DNA of 64,000 nt, from positions 26,040,001 to 26,104,000 of the forward strand of contig OX597816.1 in NCBI GenBank assembly GCA_951406725.2, read 5' to 3'. A program made the translations under genes and the position numbers. Numbering within the stretch: the first letter of the stretch is position 1; each line of letters begins with the position of its first letter. A model generated the notes under the pieces. It had not been told where the DNA came from. It saw only the letters and a program-made list of their open reading frames with translations, and did not search any database. Below are positions 12,384-25,138 of the stretch, in pieces. Source of the DNA: Octopus vulgaris (Eukaryota).

Positions 12384-14176
12384 GTTTCTTTATTAGCCAC
12401 ACAGGGCTGCACACAGATAGAACAAATTACAAGGTAGAGCTTTTCTTTTGAAGGTTTAAAAAAAAAAAAAATGGAAGGGGGAGTTTCGATCAAAAGGGAT
12501 CGTAAAAGGAGAGAAAGAGGACAAAAAAAAGGGGGGGGGTTAAAAAAAGGGGGAGAGGAAAAAAAATTGATCAATAGGGATCGTTATCACAGAAATGTCA
12601 ATATGAAGTGTAAAGGGGAGGACAGGTGAGGTTTACCCGTGGAAAGAAAAGCCTACGGAAAAGACCACGGTAACCTCGGTCAATGGAGTCACATGTTATA
12701 TTTCTTTTTTTTTTTTTGGGGAATAAGCAACTCTCTGTTTTCAATTTCTGGGTTCATAGGATCATGCTCAAGGTGGCTTTGTCATTCATACGTGCCATTC
12801 TTGCTACATTCATCCATCTTTTTTTAAAACATTCACTAGACAAACCTTGCCTCTCTACTCTCACTTTCCTTTTCAAGTGGTACTTGAAGAAGTTGATGAG
12901 AGATTGACCAGAGAGGAAAGTGTTTGTCTCCAATCCTTTCAGACGCGTCCACCAGATACATTCTCTCGCCATAGCCACAAGGATGATGAAAATAGCTCTT
13001 CCTTCCCGTTTGAAGGAGGGAGGCGTGACAATATTGACGATAGACTCAGCTGATAAACCGACTCGTCCCACACGTGACAGCAGTTGTTCGACATAAGCCC
13101 ACAGGTCGGAAATTGTTGGACACTGCACGAGTGCGTGCAGAACGGTTTCGTCGCTCTGACCGCATCTCGGGCAGGTCGGCCCCGTGTTTCTCGAGCCGTG
13201 TCTGTAGAGCTTATCCCGAACGGGTAGCGCTTCTCGGTAGCACTGCCAGGCCAGGGATCTCTGGAAGTTGTCCATGGGCCCTGGCCCGAAAGTCGTCCTG
13301 AACAGGCGGGTCAGGTACTCCTCGTCGACGTCCAGGTTCGCCCCGAGCTCGTCGTCGTACTTCCCCTCCACTAAACCCCTATAGAATGCTTTGGTTGTGT
13401 TGAAGTCACTCAAGGTCGACCCAGGACGGCAGAGTTGCTTGAGAGCAACGCGACACTCGCGGTGCCATTCGCCCTTCTTCGGCCTCTTTTTGATCCACGA
13501 CTGCAGTTCGGTCATGGAGACGAGCTGCGGGAAAGCGTGCCTAACAAACGGCGACCACACCTGTTCACCGTCGTCTACATAGAGCCAGAGATGTCGCAGT
13601 CTCAGCGCGTGTCTGCGCATCATCAACCACGGCATGCCCAGCCCTCCTTTTAACGGGTGTTGACAGCAAATGGATCGCCTGACCATCGGGACGCATCCTT
13701 TCCACAAGAAGCGAAAGAGAATGCGTTGTAGTTTGGTGATGGTAGGATCGGGACAAGGTACGACGGTCAGGCGGTAGTAGATGACGGACGCGATGTACGT
13801 GTTCGCCACCTCCGCCCGACCTTTTAGGGACTGTTTCCTCTCGGCCCATTGCCGGGCGAGAGTGACCACCCTACTCGTTATCTCGTTCCAGTTCTTCTCC
13901 ACTTGGAGGTCCGGACTAAACCAGACCCCGAGCAACTCAACCGGGCCGTCGGTCCAGCGTCCCACGACGGAGGCGCTGGTGGACGGCATGGGCTTGCTTC
14001 TCCAGGTGCCTAGTCGCAAGCCCACTGACTTTTCCCGGTTGATTTTCGCTCCTGTCACCGCTTCGTAGTTTTTCAGTGTCTCGCCGACCTGCTCGATGTG
14101 CTCGTGGCTAGACACTATGACGGTGACGTCGTCCGCGTATGCAGACACGCTCGTCTCGCATCCCAGTTCTCGCGGG
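12384..14176 (-). mobile_element. 5'-truncated L1/Tx1-clade LINE inside a (GATA)n microsatellite
   Basis: RT-containing ORF plus ~370-bp 3' UTR ending AATAAAGAAAC; (GATA)n at both boundaries (12300-12383 and 14177-14270). Confidence 0.92.
12754..14148 (-). CDS. LINE ORF2 C-terminal part (reverse transcriptase + CCHC zinc knuckle), 5'-truncated
   Basis: YADD catalytic motif (SAYADDVT), SLKGR thumb-region motif, CPRCGQSDETVLHALVQC zinc knuckle; 464 uninterrupted codons. Confidence 0.9.
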   Translation of the reverse strand: MSAYADDVTVIVSSHEHIEQVGETLKNYEAVTGAKINREKSVGLRLGTWRSKPMPSTSASVVGRWTDGPVELLGVWFSPDLQVEKNWNEITSRVVTLARQWAERKQSLKGRAEVANTYIASVIYYRLTVVPCPDPTITKLQRILFRFLWKGCVPMVRRSICCQHPLKGGLGMPWLMMRRHALRLRHLWLYVDDGEQVWSPFVRHAFPQLVSMTELQSWIKKRPKKGEWHRECRVALKQLCRPGSTLSDFNTTKAFYRGLVEGKYDDELGANLDVDEEYLTRLFRTTFGPGPMDNFQRSLAWQCYREALPVRDKLYRHGSRNTGPTCPRCGQSDETVLHALVQCPTISDLWAYVEQLLSRVGRVGLSAESIVNIVTPPSFKREGRAIFIILVAMARECIWWTRLKGLETNTFLSGQSLINFFKYHLKRKVRVERQGLSSECFKKRWMNVARMARMNDKATLSMIL

Positions 14177-14265
<89 letters not shown>

Positions 14266-14620
14266 TAGATAAGTTTGTTGATGTAAGCAGGAGAATGGAA
14301 CGGCAAGAATAATTACATAAATGTTTATTTTTCATCAACAATTGGCAGAATTTACAGAGTAACTCAAGGGCCAAGTGTGACTCAAGGGCCGTTCATTAAT
14401 GTAGAGATAGATAAAGGCCAATATAAGAAACTCCCGGCGCTTTGGTTACTCAGTAACATCTGCCGATTGGGTACGGAAATATGTCATTGTGGTTATGAAG
14501 TCCACTTCGCAGCCTTGTCTGTTCGTGTTCAATCTCACTGAGTGACACATTGTCTTCAAATATGGCCCTATGCCGATCGATGTTTTGTAAGTGAACTTAG
14601 TAAAGGGTAACTGCGAATGG

Positions 14621-14688
<68 letters not shown>

Positions 14689-14879
14689 ATATGGTGGCTG
14701 CCCCCTCGTTATTGAGTATGGCCATTGCGCGAAGCTTAATCAATGTTGTTATCGTGCAATGCCTGTGCCAGAATATTTTTTTAAAGTGAGGAAAGGCTGT
14801 GCACTGAGTCAATCCCACTCACTAAGCAATAGCAGCCATAATCCGAAAAGAAGAACACGTCAACATCATCGGTAACCAC

Positions 14880-15186
14880 TGAGCCGCAGGTTTTATGTCG
14901 GAGTTATCCCAGTTACCTGAGTTACCTTCTCCTAGAAGGATACCCTAACAAAGGCTAGGAGTCCTTCAATCCCAATGGTTTAACCACGCGATCGGGTATT
15001 CAGTCCGATTATTTCTATGTCCCCGCGCATGATCCAGCCTTAAGACATTTATTGGATGGCCGTTGACTCTCAAGAGTTCCTCCGCCCTTTGACGGGTTTT
15101 GTTTTTCATTCCGCAGGGTGTCCAATAAACACCCTCCTCACCAAGCAAGCTTAGTGGGATTGCAGGTTTAGTCGCCGACGACCCGA

Positions 15187-15190
<4 letters not shown>
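14880..15190. mobile_element. Probable non-LTR retrotransposon (RTE-like) leader fragments
   Basis: GAGTTACCTTCTCCTAGAAGGAT...AACAAA is shared with ~34000-34040; structured GC-rich segment 14990-15190 abuts (TA)n. Confidence 0.4.
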
Positions 15191-15237
<47 letters not shown>

Positions 15238-15724
15238 CACACACAAACGCATACTCGCCCACACAATACACACGTGGAGATGAATGTGAGTAAGAATGTA
15301 AGAATACAGGAATAAATATAAACTTTGCTGAACAAAGTATTTCGATGACCTTTTTCATATCAATCACGTACTGGGGGGTCGATATTATTGACTAACGCCC
15401 TTCTCACAAATTTCTGGCTAAAGCTTATATTCGTTGCTCTTGGTACATTTTTGCTAATTTATGCACTAGAATTATAATAAATGTACATATATTAAATCAG
15501 CCGCAGGCGTATAGACAAAAAAACAAAGGACATATGAATAAAGCGTAAATTTTATGGTAGACAAATGTCACTAGCAGAACGTTAAGCGTTTGTCATGGCA
15601 AACAACTTTATCTCAAGCATCAAGTACCGGTTCTTAACAGATAATTTGCACGCCATCGGTTACGAAGACGAGGGTCTCTGATTTATCCGATCGAGGGAAC
15701 TGCTTGCTCATGAAATTAACATGC

Positions 15725-15776
<52 letters not shown>

Positions 15777-15785
15777 GGATGGATG

Positions 15786-15867
<82 letters not shown>

Positions 15868-15968
15868 TAGATAGATAGGTAGGTAGGTAGGTAGGTAGGT
15901 AGATAGATAGATAGAAGAATATTTTTAAAATGCAATATATAACGTCTGCATCAGTTGTTGTGCGTACA

Positions 15969-15983
15969 TGACGTCACTTCCTG
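15969..15983. promoter_or_regulatory. Overlapping CRE (TGACGTCA) / ETS (CACTTCCTG) composite motif
   Basis: TGACGTCACTTCCTG (reverse CAGGAAGTGACGTCA) at the start of a non-repetitive block. Confidence 0.45.
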
Positions 15984-16366
15984 TGTGCCCAAATATAGCT
16001 ATTCACCAGGAATGAAGCCCCATCTGCAAGGTTGTTGGAAACTTGTAGAGTAAAGCAACATTCCTTGCCAAAGCAAACTGTTTATAAGACGTGTACTAAA
16101 CGTTGGCTCGAAAATTCTTTCGCTTAACATGTAACTTAACGACGAAATCCAAATATAAAATAGAGATGCTTGTTTTGGGAGATGTAAAGCTTTAAAACAT
16201 GACGAAGTGAAGAAAAAGCTCATTTTGTTTGTTTTACTTGCATTACACTTAAATAAACAGTATGTTGAACAAGTAACAACTCTCTTGATAATATTCCCTT
16301 TTTTAAAGACATTTTAACTGTTTCAAGAGAGTTGCAGATTCGAATTGTGTTTACATAACTTTAGCA

Positions 16367-16408
16367 ATGATGCTGAAATTTCTGCCGTCACTTCATGAGG
16401 CGATAATG
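16367..16408 (+). CDS. Candidate coding exon 1 of a small spliced ORF (MMLKFLPSLHEAIM)
   Basis: ATG at 16367; ATG|GTAATA donor in phase 0; possible acceptor TTTAG ending at 16364. Confidence 0.25.
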
Positions 16409-16846
16409 GTAATAATGGCTATGATGGTTGTACGAAAATGAGGATGTATAATACCCGGTTGAGTACATGCAATTATTTTTATCGACCTTAATAGGACGAT
16501 AAGGCAGTGAAATGGGTAACTGAATAACATTCGGTAAATCGTATTACATAATCATTCCACATAATCAAATAAATTATGTTTACAATATAAACATATTTTA
16601 TCTTTTCTGGAAGGAAATTTGGACTTAAAAAAAGCAACAAGAAACTTGTTAAAGAAAAAGAAGAGCATATTATCAGCAACTAAAATTATTATCCAAGACT
16701 TTGATTCTTCTTCGTATTTTCATATCTAGTGTTGCTGAATACATGTCTAGCTGTTTGTCTGTATCTATGTATCTGTCTGTCTGTGTGTCTGTCTAGCTGT
16801 TTGTCTGTATGACTGTCTATCTATCTATCTACCTATCTCTCTATCA

Positions 16847-16885
<39 letters not shown>

Positions 16886-16950
16886 TATATATAAATATAA
16901 ATATATATATATATACATACATAAAATGTATATATATATATATATATATA

Positions 16951-17002
<52 letters not shown>

Positions 17003-17108
17003 TTATATGTGTATATATATATATTTTATATATATATATATGTATGTATAGATATACATATATGCGTGTATGTATATGTATGTTTTTGTGTGTATATGTG
17101 TGAGTGTG

Positions 17109-17163
<55 letters not shown>

Positions 17164-18429
17164 TGATAAATGTATATAGAAATACACGCGCACACGCACA
17201 CATGTATATCTCTGTTTTTTTGCTTTTTTGTATTTTTGTTTTGTTTTATTTCCTTCTGAATCTTTCCTGCTTTCTTCGACTTTCTCACTCTCTCTTCGGA
17301 CACATTCCCTTCTCTCAGCAGAATTATTTATGGTAAATATAACGAAAAACAAATATTATGAGATTTCAATATCCTAACTGAAATAAACAACGAAATTGTT
17401 TATTTAGGACCGTAAATCTTAGATTAAACAATAAATGTTTTCTAATCAACTTTGCTTCAGACGGCAATCTCAGTATTACAAGAATATAGGGTACAATGGT
17501 TAGATATCTATTTAGAATAACTGGTGGCCGTCTGCTTACTCTCTTACTCTTTTACTCTTTTACTTATTAAAATTTATCCATAGTAGAATTTATATATAAA
17601 AAAAATTTAATGAGCTAGTTTGCTGCAAGGAGTAAAAAAAAATTTTCAAAAGAATCATTGTAACTTTTCGGACATTTGCACTTCTTCACTCTAAAGAAAT
17701 GAAAGTACTCAAAAATTGAGATTTTTGTTCAGTTTACGTTTAACCAACTTAGGGAATAGTTCTTGAGAAAATTTTATCTTGGCAGATAAGATATTGCCGT
17801 TTAATAGATGTATCAATTTTACTTTAAGGTCAACTTTAAATTTCATTATATTGAGTTAATTATATATGATTCTGATGGGTTCTGAATTGATTTAATCAAT
17901 TAAACAGATGCTTCTGTCAAAAATCAACATATGTATCTCAACTATCTTTCTAGATATGTACCCCGCGTTTCTCACCCTCTCACCGTATATATATATATAT
18001 ATATGTGTATGTGCGCGTGTGTGCGTATGTGTATTCACACATCCATGTATACGCACTCTTGTATGTATGGATGTCCTGTTCTTGTTACCACTTTCACCAT
18101 CCGCAAAATATCCCAAATTTTATTTAATTTGCTTTGCGGGAAGGATTATTTCAAAAAGTCGCGTATTACCCTTACCTTCGATACGCGGAGTAGATGAAAC
18201 AGGGACAACTGATGAAGGGAAATGTTCTTTTGGTTGCATGTCTCGTTTCTCTGTTTGTTTTTTTCGTTGTTCAAAAAAGTTCGTTTTTATGTTTTTGTTT
18301 TTATGTTTTCGTTTCTCATTTTGTTCAACGTTTTTTTGATATCCTGTACCAATATATGCATGTATATATACATTTATATGTAGGTATGTACATATGTCTA
18401 TGTATATATGCATATATTTATATATCATT

Positions 18430-18485
<56 letters not shown>

Positions 18486-19047
18486 TTATACATGTATAAA
18501 TATGTGTGTATGTGTGTATGTGTGTCTGTGTGTGCGTGTGCGTTTGTGTGTTTGTTTGCGTGTATGCATGCGTGGTATATTTGCGTGTTGCTAATCAGTG
18601 GTGTATATGTTTATACAGGCATTAGTTTTAATAGCACATAATTTCAGAAATGCATATAATTTTTCCAAGAACAAGTGATTATTGAACAGCTAACACCAAT
18701 TATCCCCACCCTCCATCACAATAATGAACATCCTTATCCAGTACTAATCCTGATACAGTTTAGTACCATCTCATCTTTCTAAATGCGTCATAAAGATAAT
18801 TTTGAATGTGGTGTTAACGACCCAATTTGCTCCACTTCATCTTCTCCACAACTTGCAGCCATATTATAAAAAATAACAAAAACATGAACTATAGAAACTA
18901 AACCCACACGTACATGGAGAACAAATGCATCAATGGGAAAATATGTAAACATAATCACAACCGTAGCAAACCATTACAATACTACAAAACCCCCGAAAAC
19001 TTTATCTATAGCTAAAAGAAGAGCAGCCAAAACGCACAAAAATCCCT

Positions 19048-19338
19048 GTGGAGGCACATGGCCTAGTGGTTAGAGCAGCGGACACGCGGTCGAGGGATCG
19101 CGGGTTCGGATCTCAGACCGGGCGATGTGTGTGTTTATGAGTGGATCACCTAAGCTCCACGCGGCTCCGGCAGAAGGTAATGGCGAACTTCTGCTGACTC
19201 TTTCGCCACCACTTTCTCTCACTCTTTCTTCCTGCATCTTGGGGCTCACCTGCGACGGACCGGCGTCCCGTCCAGGTGGGGAACCTATACGCCAAGGAAA
19301 CCGGGAAACCGGCACTTATGAGCCAGGCATGGCTCGAG
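19048..19338 (+). mobile_element. SINE type C, subfamily E, full length
   Basis: tRNA-like head GGAGGCACATGGCCTAGTGGTTAGAGC; TSD AAATCCCT (19040-19047 / 19339-19346); further copies at 36606-36905(-) and 39328-39592(+). Confidence 0.88.
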
Positions 19339-19588
19339 AAATCCCTCCTTCTGAATTTCACAATTTTAATGTAACCAATCGTTCGATTATTGGCCCTTGG
19401 GGGTAGAAATTCTATGTGGCTCTTAAAGATAATTGACAAGCACCTAGAATGCTCTTCAACATTAAAGGTGCTGAATTATTATCGAACAAAATATGGGAGT
19501 GCACAGTAATTTCAGGCAAAAACTCACTAATTTCCGATCGAATATCGCTGCAATAACGAGTATTCCCCAAACACGTATTTCACATTAG

Positions 19589-19908
19589 TGAGGGCGCGTG
19601 GCTTAGTGGTTAGGGCATTCGGCTCATGATCGTAAGGTTGTGAGTTCGATTCCCGGCGACGCGTTGTGTCCTTGAGCAAGACACTTTATTTCACGTTGCT
19701 CCAGTCCACTCAGCTGGCAAAAATGAGTTGTACTTGTATTTCAAAGGGTCAGCCTTGTCACTCTCTGTGTCACGCTGATTATCCCCGAGAACTACGTTAA
19801 GGGTACACGTGTCTGTGGAATGCTCAGCCATTTGCATGTTAATTTCACGAGCAAGCTGTTCCGTTGATCGTATCAGCTGGGACCCTCGTCGTCGTAACCG
19901 GCGGAGTC
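19589..19908 (+). mobile_element. SINE type D, full length
   Basis: A box TGGCTTAGTGG, B box GAGTTCGATTC, CORE-like segment, tail ...CCCTCGTCGTCGTAACCG. Confidence 0.88.
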
Positions 19909-20098
19909 TTTTAAATTTCACATTAAATGTTCCGACTATAGCAATATAATATGATTGAATTTCCATTCTTCTTTATCAATTTCGCTAAATATTTTCATGA
20001 TATTTTTCTTTAAATATTTCTTATTTAAAAGCTTCGGGAACGAAAGAAATAAAAACACATTAATTATACATTAATTATACTTTTTATTTTTATTTCAG

Positions 20099-20155
20099 AA
20101 ATTTACATGGCGTGGGTTGATGTACTATCAACGATTCCGAGAAAGGGTCAATGAT
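20099..20155 (+). CDS. Candidate internal coding exon, 57 nt (KFTWRGLMYYQRFRERVND)
   Basis: Strong acceptor TTTTTATTTTTATTTCAG, donor GTAAGA, length divisible by 3, only frame 0 is open. Confidence 0.5.
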
Positions 20156-20436
20156 GTAAGATATTTACTGATTCCTCACTTAAACTACTCAAAGACAAAT
20201 ACAAACATAAATGGTTCATCTTAAAACATGAGCAGATTGACTTTTGGAGAAAACTTCACTAGACGAATACATCATAGTGATACATTTACGCGCGCACGTA
20301 AACACGCAGACACACACACATACGCACACACACACACACAAATACGCACACACACACACAGATACGTATACACACACACACACATACGCACACATACACA
20401 CACACACTCAAACACACACAGACAAACACTCACATG

Positions 20437-20980
20437 CAGGTCGAAATTCTTAGTGGTATTTCGTCTGCCGCTACGTTCTGAGTTCAAATTCCGCCGAGAT
20501 CGACTTTGCCTTTCATCCTTTCGGGGTCGAATAAATTAAGTACCAGTTACGCACTGGTGTCGATTTAATCGACTTAATCCCTTTCGCTGTCCATGTTTGT
20601 CCACTCTATGTTTAGCCCCTTGTGGGTAGTAAAGAAATATGTATTTGATCCGTCGCTACATTCTGAGTTCAAATTCCACCGAGGTCGACTTTTCCTTTCA
20701 TCCATTCTGGGTCGTTAAATTAAGCACCACTCGCGTACTGGGGTCGATCTAATCGACTGGCCCCTACCTCAAAATTTCGGGCATTGTACCTAGAGTAGAA
20801 AAGATTATTACTAAGACGGCGAGCTGGCAGAAGCGTTAGCGCGCTGGACGAAATGCTAGCGGTATTTCGCACGTCACTACGTTCTGAGTTCAAATTTTGA
20901 CGAGGTCGGCATTGCCTTTCATCCTTTCAGGATCGATAAGGTAAATACCAGCTAAACAGTAGGGTCGATGTGATTGAATA
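20437..20980 (+). mobile_element. SINE type A dimer (second unit with alternative tail) followed by another type A copy
   Basis: Junction AAAGAAATATGTATTTG at ~20632; new head at 20814. Confidence 0.8.
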
Positions 20981-21036
20981 GCCTCTTGTAAAGTGGGCTT
21001 CTTAACACACACACAGCCATGCCTGCGCATATATGA

Positions 21037-21074
<38 letters not shown>

Positions 21075-21077
<3 letters not shown>

Positions 21078-21365
21078 GGCGCAATGGCCCAGTGGCTAGA
21101 GCAGCAGGCTCGCGGTTTCGATTCCCAGACCCAGCGTTGTGTGTGTTTATTGAGAGAACACACCTAAAAGCTCCACGAGGCTCCTGTATGGGTCGTTGGC
21201 GACCCCTGTTGTACTCTTTCGCCCCACTTTCTCTCACTGTCTCTTCCTGTTTCTTGAGTAACGCTGCGATGGACTGGCATCCCATCCAGCTGGGGGGAAC
21301 ACATACGCCACAGAAACCGGGAAAACGGGCCCATGAGCCTGGCTAGGCTGGAAAAGGGCGACGTT
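21075..21365 (+). mobile_element. SINE type C
   Basis: GAGGCGCAATGGCCCAGTGG head; tail GCGATGGACTGGCATCCCATCCAG...GAAAAGGGCG. Confidence 0.85.
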
Positions 21366-21414
21366 TATACATACACACATACATACATACATACATACGT
21401 ACATACATTCATAC

Positions 21415-21465
<51 letters not shown>

Positions 21466-22229
21466 TGTGTGCGTTGTGTATAAGAAAGAGAGAGTGTGGG
21501 GGAGAAAGAGAGAGAGATATAACGGAATCTATTTGATTGCAGTCAAGAATTTATAGCAAAATTCAAAGGTTTTGCTTTCAACTTCAGATAAATTTTTTTC
21601 AGTTTCCCAAACGTTGCTCTTCCTCTATGATGCACAAATTAACCTAACACTGGAATACAGCTTCCATGCACATCGCTTTGTACTTCCTGCATGCATGTGC
21701 ACACCTACATAGACGCACACACTCACATACATACACGCACGCATTCTGACACGTACGTGTATTCTCATTATTTAATAACTTGTACACTGAGTTCACTTGT
21801 CTGATAGACACGCTCCCATTAACACGCTATAAAAACAGGATATACACTGGCCTCTAATTTACTTCTCCTTCCTACAGATTCTCATTTAGTCCTCCAAGCT
21901 AAGTGCATTATTCGACTCCTTGTCTCTGGGGCTTCTAGATACTGGGTGTCCCTTAATTTCTACATATTTCTTCTGAATAACACCAATTTATACTAATTCA
22001 ATCTCAACACTATCGGTATCAACATCTCCTGAAGGAACCCGGACGAATGAGTGAGCCGTTACCCAGATAATCAGATGCTAGAAACAACAGCTAAATATTG
22101 TTAGCAATTACCAATTTTTTATTAAGCATTCGTTCGTTACAAGGTCCTTACACTACTGAAAACGTAAGAGCTACTAGAATAGAATGGACGCTAGACAGAG
22201 ATCAATAGGTGACGATGTACATTAGACTT

Positions 22230-22510
22230 AAAAGACTGGAGGTCATATTGAAGAGGAAAACCAGACTGTGGAAGGGAATTCCAAAGTTCAGAGATGCGAG
22301 GGAAGAGACTGGTACTGTAAAGTGCTTTACGACACTTAGGAAGTTGCACAGTAGACTGATGAGAACTGGATGCAATCTAGTCGATCGCTGATAAATTCTT
22401 AAAGGAAGATCCAGAGAAGAAAGCTCAGCTGAAAAATGTCCTTGAAAATACTTATAGAAAAGAGACAAGGAAGCCACACGACGACGATGACAGTTTAGAA
22501 GAAGACAGAT
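22230..22510 (-). pseudogene. Decayed LINE (CR1/L2/Jockey-group) RT C-terminal fragment
   Basis: HRRRVASLSLFYKYFQGHFSAELSSL resembles the conserved RT C-terminal motif; frameshifted downstream. Confidence 0.65.
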
Positions 22511-23102
22511 CATATTGTCGTCTTACAAGGGAAAGGACATTTTATATAGTATTTGTTCTGCTACTCTTTTAAGTATTTCAGTCATTGCACTTCAGTCATG
22601 ACAGGGTGCCGCTGCTAAGTGTTTAGTCGATCATATCAAACCCATGATTTTTGTCTGGAATTTCCTATATCAGTTACTGTTTCTCGAAGCGCTAAATAAG
22701 GGGACATGAAGAAGCAACATATAGAAGTTGTCGATTTGTCGTATAGAAATATATATATAGAATATTACCAGACCTCAAAAATTAATTACTTGGCCGATTT
22801 CACGTGTACTTCCATCCAAGCGGTGTTCCAGCATGACCGTTGTCTGATGGCTGTAAGAAGTAAAAGAAAAAAAGTTATATAGTGAAATGATGGAATGGTC
22901 ACATCTTGATTACTTTTGATTGCAAGTCTGCTCGATAGTGCTAAAATACAAAAACCACTTTTCATACAGGTAAGATATCATGAATAGAAAGAAGACAAAT
23001 AAAACACGGACTGTTGGACAACGTGAGAGTGTTGATAAAAATTTCTAAGGTGCTCTACAAAATGTAAACAATAACGAAATTCACATAAAAAAGGGAAAGA
23101 AG

Positions 23103-23140
23103 TACGCTGATGTTTCGGACCAACCCTTTATCAAAGTAGA
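23103..23140 (-). ncRNA. Degenerate minimal hammerhead-like motif with U3-A8 core
   Basis: Minus strand: TACT-TTGATAA-A-GGG(TTGG)TCC-GAA-ACAT-C|AGCG. Confidence 0.4.
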
Positions 23141-23159
23141 GTAAAAAAAAAATTAATAA

Positions 23160-23412
23160 TAAATGCGCCCTTTTTCAAGCCTAGCCAGGCTCATGGGCCC
23201 AGTTTCTCGGTTTCAATGGCGTATGTGTTCCCCAGCTGGACGGGACGCCAGTCTATCGTAGCGTTACTCATTTTTTCCAGCTGAGGGGACTGGAGCAACG
23301 TGAAATGAAGTGTTTTGCTCAAGAACACAACGCGTCGCCCGGTCCAGGAATCGAAACCACAATCTTACGATCATGATGCTGACACCCTATCCACTAAGCC
23401 ACGCGCCTCCGC
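23160..23412 (-). mobile_element. Chimeric SINE: type D head and CORE-like segment with type C tail
   Basis: TSD AAAGTAGAGTAA (~23133-23144 / ~23416-23427). Confidence 0.82.
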
Positions 23413-24232
23413 ATTAAAGTAGAGTAAGCAAGGAAAAAGAAACAGGGAAAAGAAACAATACTCGTTTAACGCTCGTGTGTATCTTTCGACTATATCCTCT
23501 GTTTAGACAATGCTGGAGAAACTTCGAGTCACTGCTTCATTTCCTTCTGTAGACTAAGAAACCATAGAGCAATATATACTTTTATGATTTTTATTTATGT
23601 GAAAATACCAGGCATTTGACATGTTATGAATAATTAAAACTAACACTTCATACTTTAAACACTAGGTTAAAATCTCAGTACTATTTATGACTACACATAT
23701 TTGTATATCATAACAATAATAGCGGTTTCTTTTCAAGGCAAAGATCGTAAATAGATCTACGTGTTTTTCCTTGTTAACTTGAAAATAGTAATTATTTATT
23801 TTGAATAACCGAATTATTGTTGCCATGCATGACATAGCAAAATATTTTTGCTGTCTCTTTTCTTTAGTCCTAGAGTAGCTTTGATAGATCTCATTTATAA
23901 TTAAAACTAATCCAGTTTTTTACGAGAAAGTTATGTGAATACATCAACGAATGAGTGTTTTCTAATTCGTTTCTGTATGATTTGAGAGAGAAACTGTCGA
24001 TTGTAACATTTTGAAGCGAAAATACAGAGATTCCTTTCTCTTCTCTTATTTATATAAGTACATAGATTGCAGCCAAATATATGACATGTAAACGAAATGT
24101 GTAGATCGTTAAAAAACAATACAAATCTATTATCTTTTGAAATAGTTTTTAATTGGAACGCCTACACATATTTTAATGCCAGTACATTTCGGCATTAGTT
24201 TTATAGCCACAAACACACAGACATGCGCAACA

Positions 24233-24267
<35 letters not shown>

Positions 24268-24311
24268 CTATATATGAATACATACATATGTATATGTGCT
24301 TGTATGTATGT

Positions 24312-24398
<87 letters not shown>

Positions 24399-24734
24399 GC
24401 GACCTGGAAGGATCGTTAGCGAAAAATGCCAAGCATTTCATTACATTCCGTGTTCAAATTTTGCGTTGGTCGACTTTGCCTTTCATCCATTCGGGGTGGA
24501 TGACATAATTACCAGTTGAGTACCTGGGTCGATGTAATCGGTTAGCAGCCTCAACCCAAATTTTAGAGCTTTGTGCCTATAGTAGAAAAGATGTGAGTAT
24601 ATGGGTGTATGTATATATACAGGTATTCGTACATACATACAAACATATATACATTCAGATATACAAACATACAGACATACATACAGACAGACAGTCAGTT
24701 AGACAGACAGTCAGATAGATAGATAGATAGATAT

Positions 24735-25012
24735 GTTTCTTTATTAGCCACAAAGGGCTGAACACAAAGTGGACAAACTGCAAAGTAGAGCTTTTCTTTT
24801 TGGGGGGAAAAAAAAAGGAAAAGAAGAAAACAGGAGGGGGGTAGTTTTTCGATCAAAAGGGATTGTAAAAAAAAAAGAAAAAAGAAAAAGACGACCAATA
24901 GGGATCGTGTATCACAGAAATGTCATGATGTAAGGTGTAAAGGTGATAAGGTTTATCCGTGGAAAGAAAAGTCTACGGAAAAGACCACGGTAACCTCGGT
25001 CAATAATGTCAC

Positions 25013-25014
<2 letters not shown>
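24735..25014 (-). mobile_element. 3'-UTR-only copy of the Tx1/L1-like LINE inside (GATA)n
   Basis: Matches 12384-12695; GATA tracts at both ends. Confidence 0.88.
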
Positions 25015-25091
<77 letters not shown>

Positions 25092-25138
25092 GATAGATGA
25101 AACATAAGAATAATCATATTTCATATTAAATTTCCTAT

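Noticed and set aside
12847-14068. Plus-strand ORFs overlapping the LINE ORF2
   Set aside because: Antisense shadows of a GC-rich coding sequence.
19048-19125. tRNA-like sequences at SINE heads
   Set aside because: A and B boxes are present but there is no complete acceptor stem, and they continue into SINE bodies; not tRNA genes.
22960-22976. Strong donor-like CAG|GTAAGA
   Set aside because: Upstream sequence looks repeat-derived and I found no convincing acceptor or open frame.
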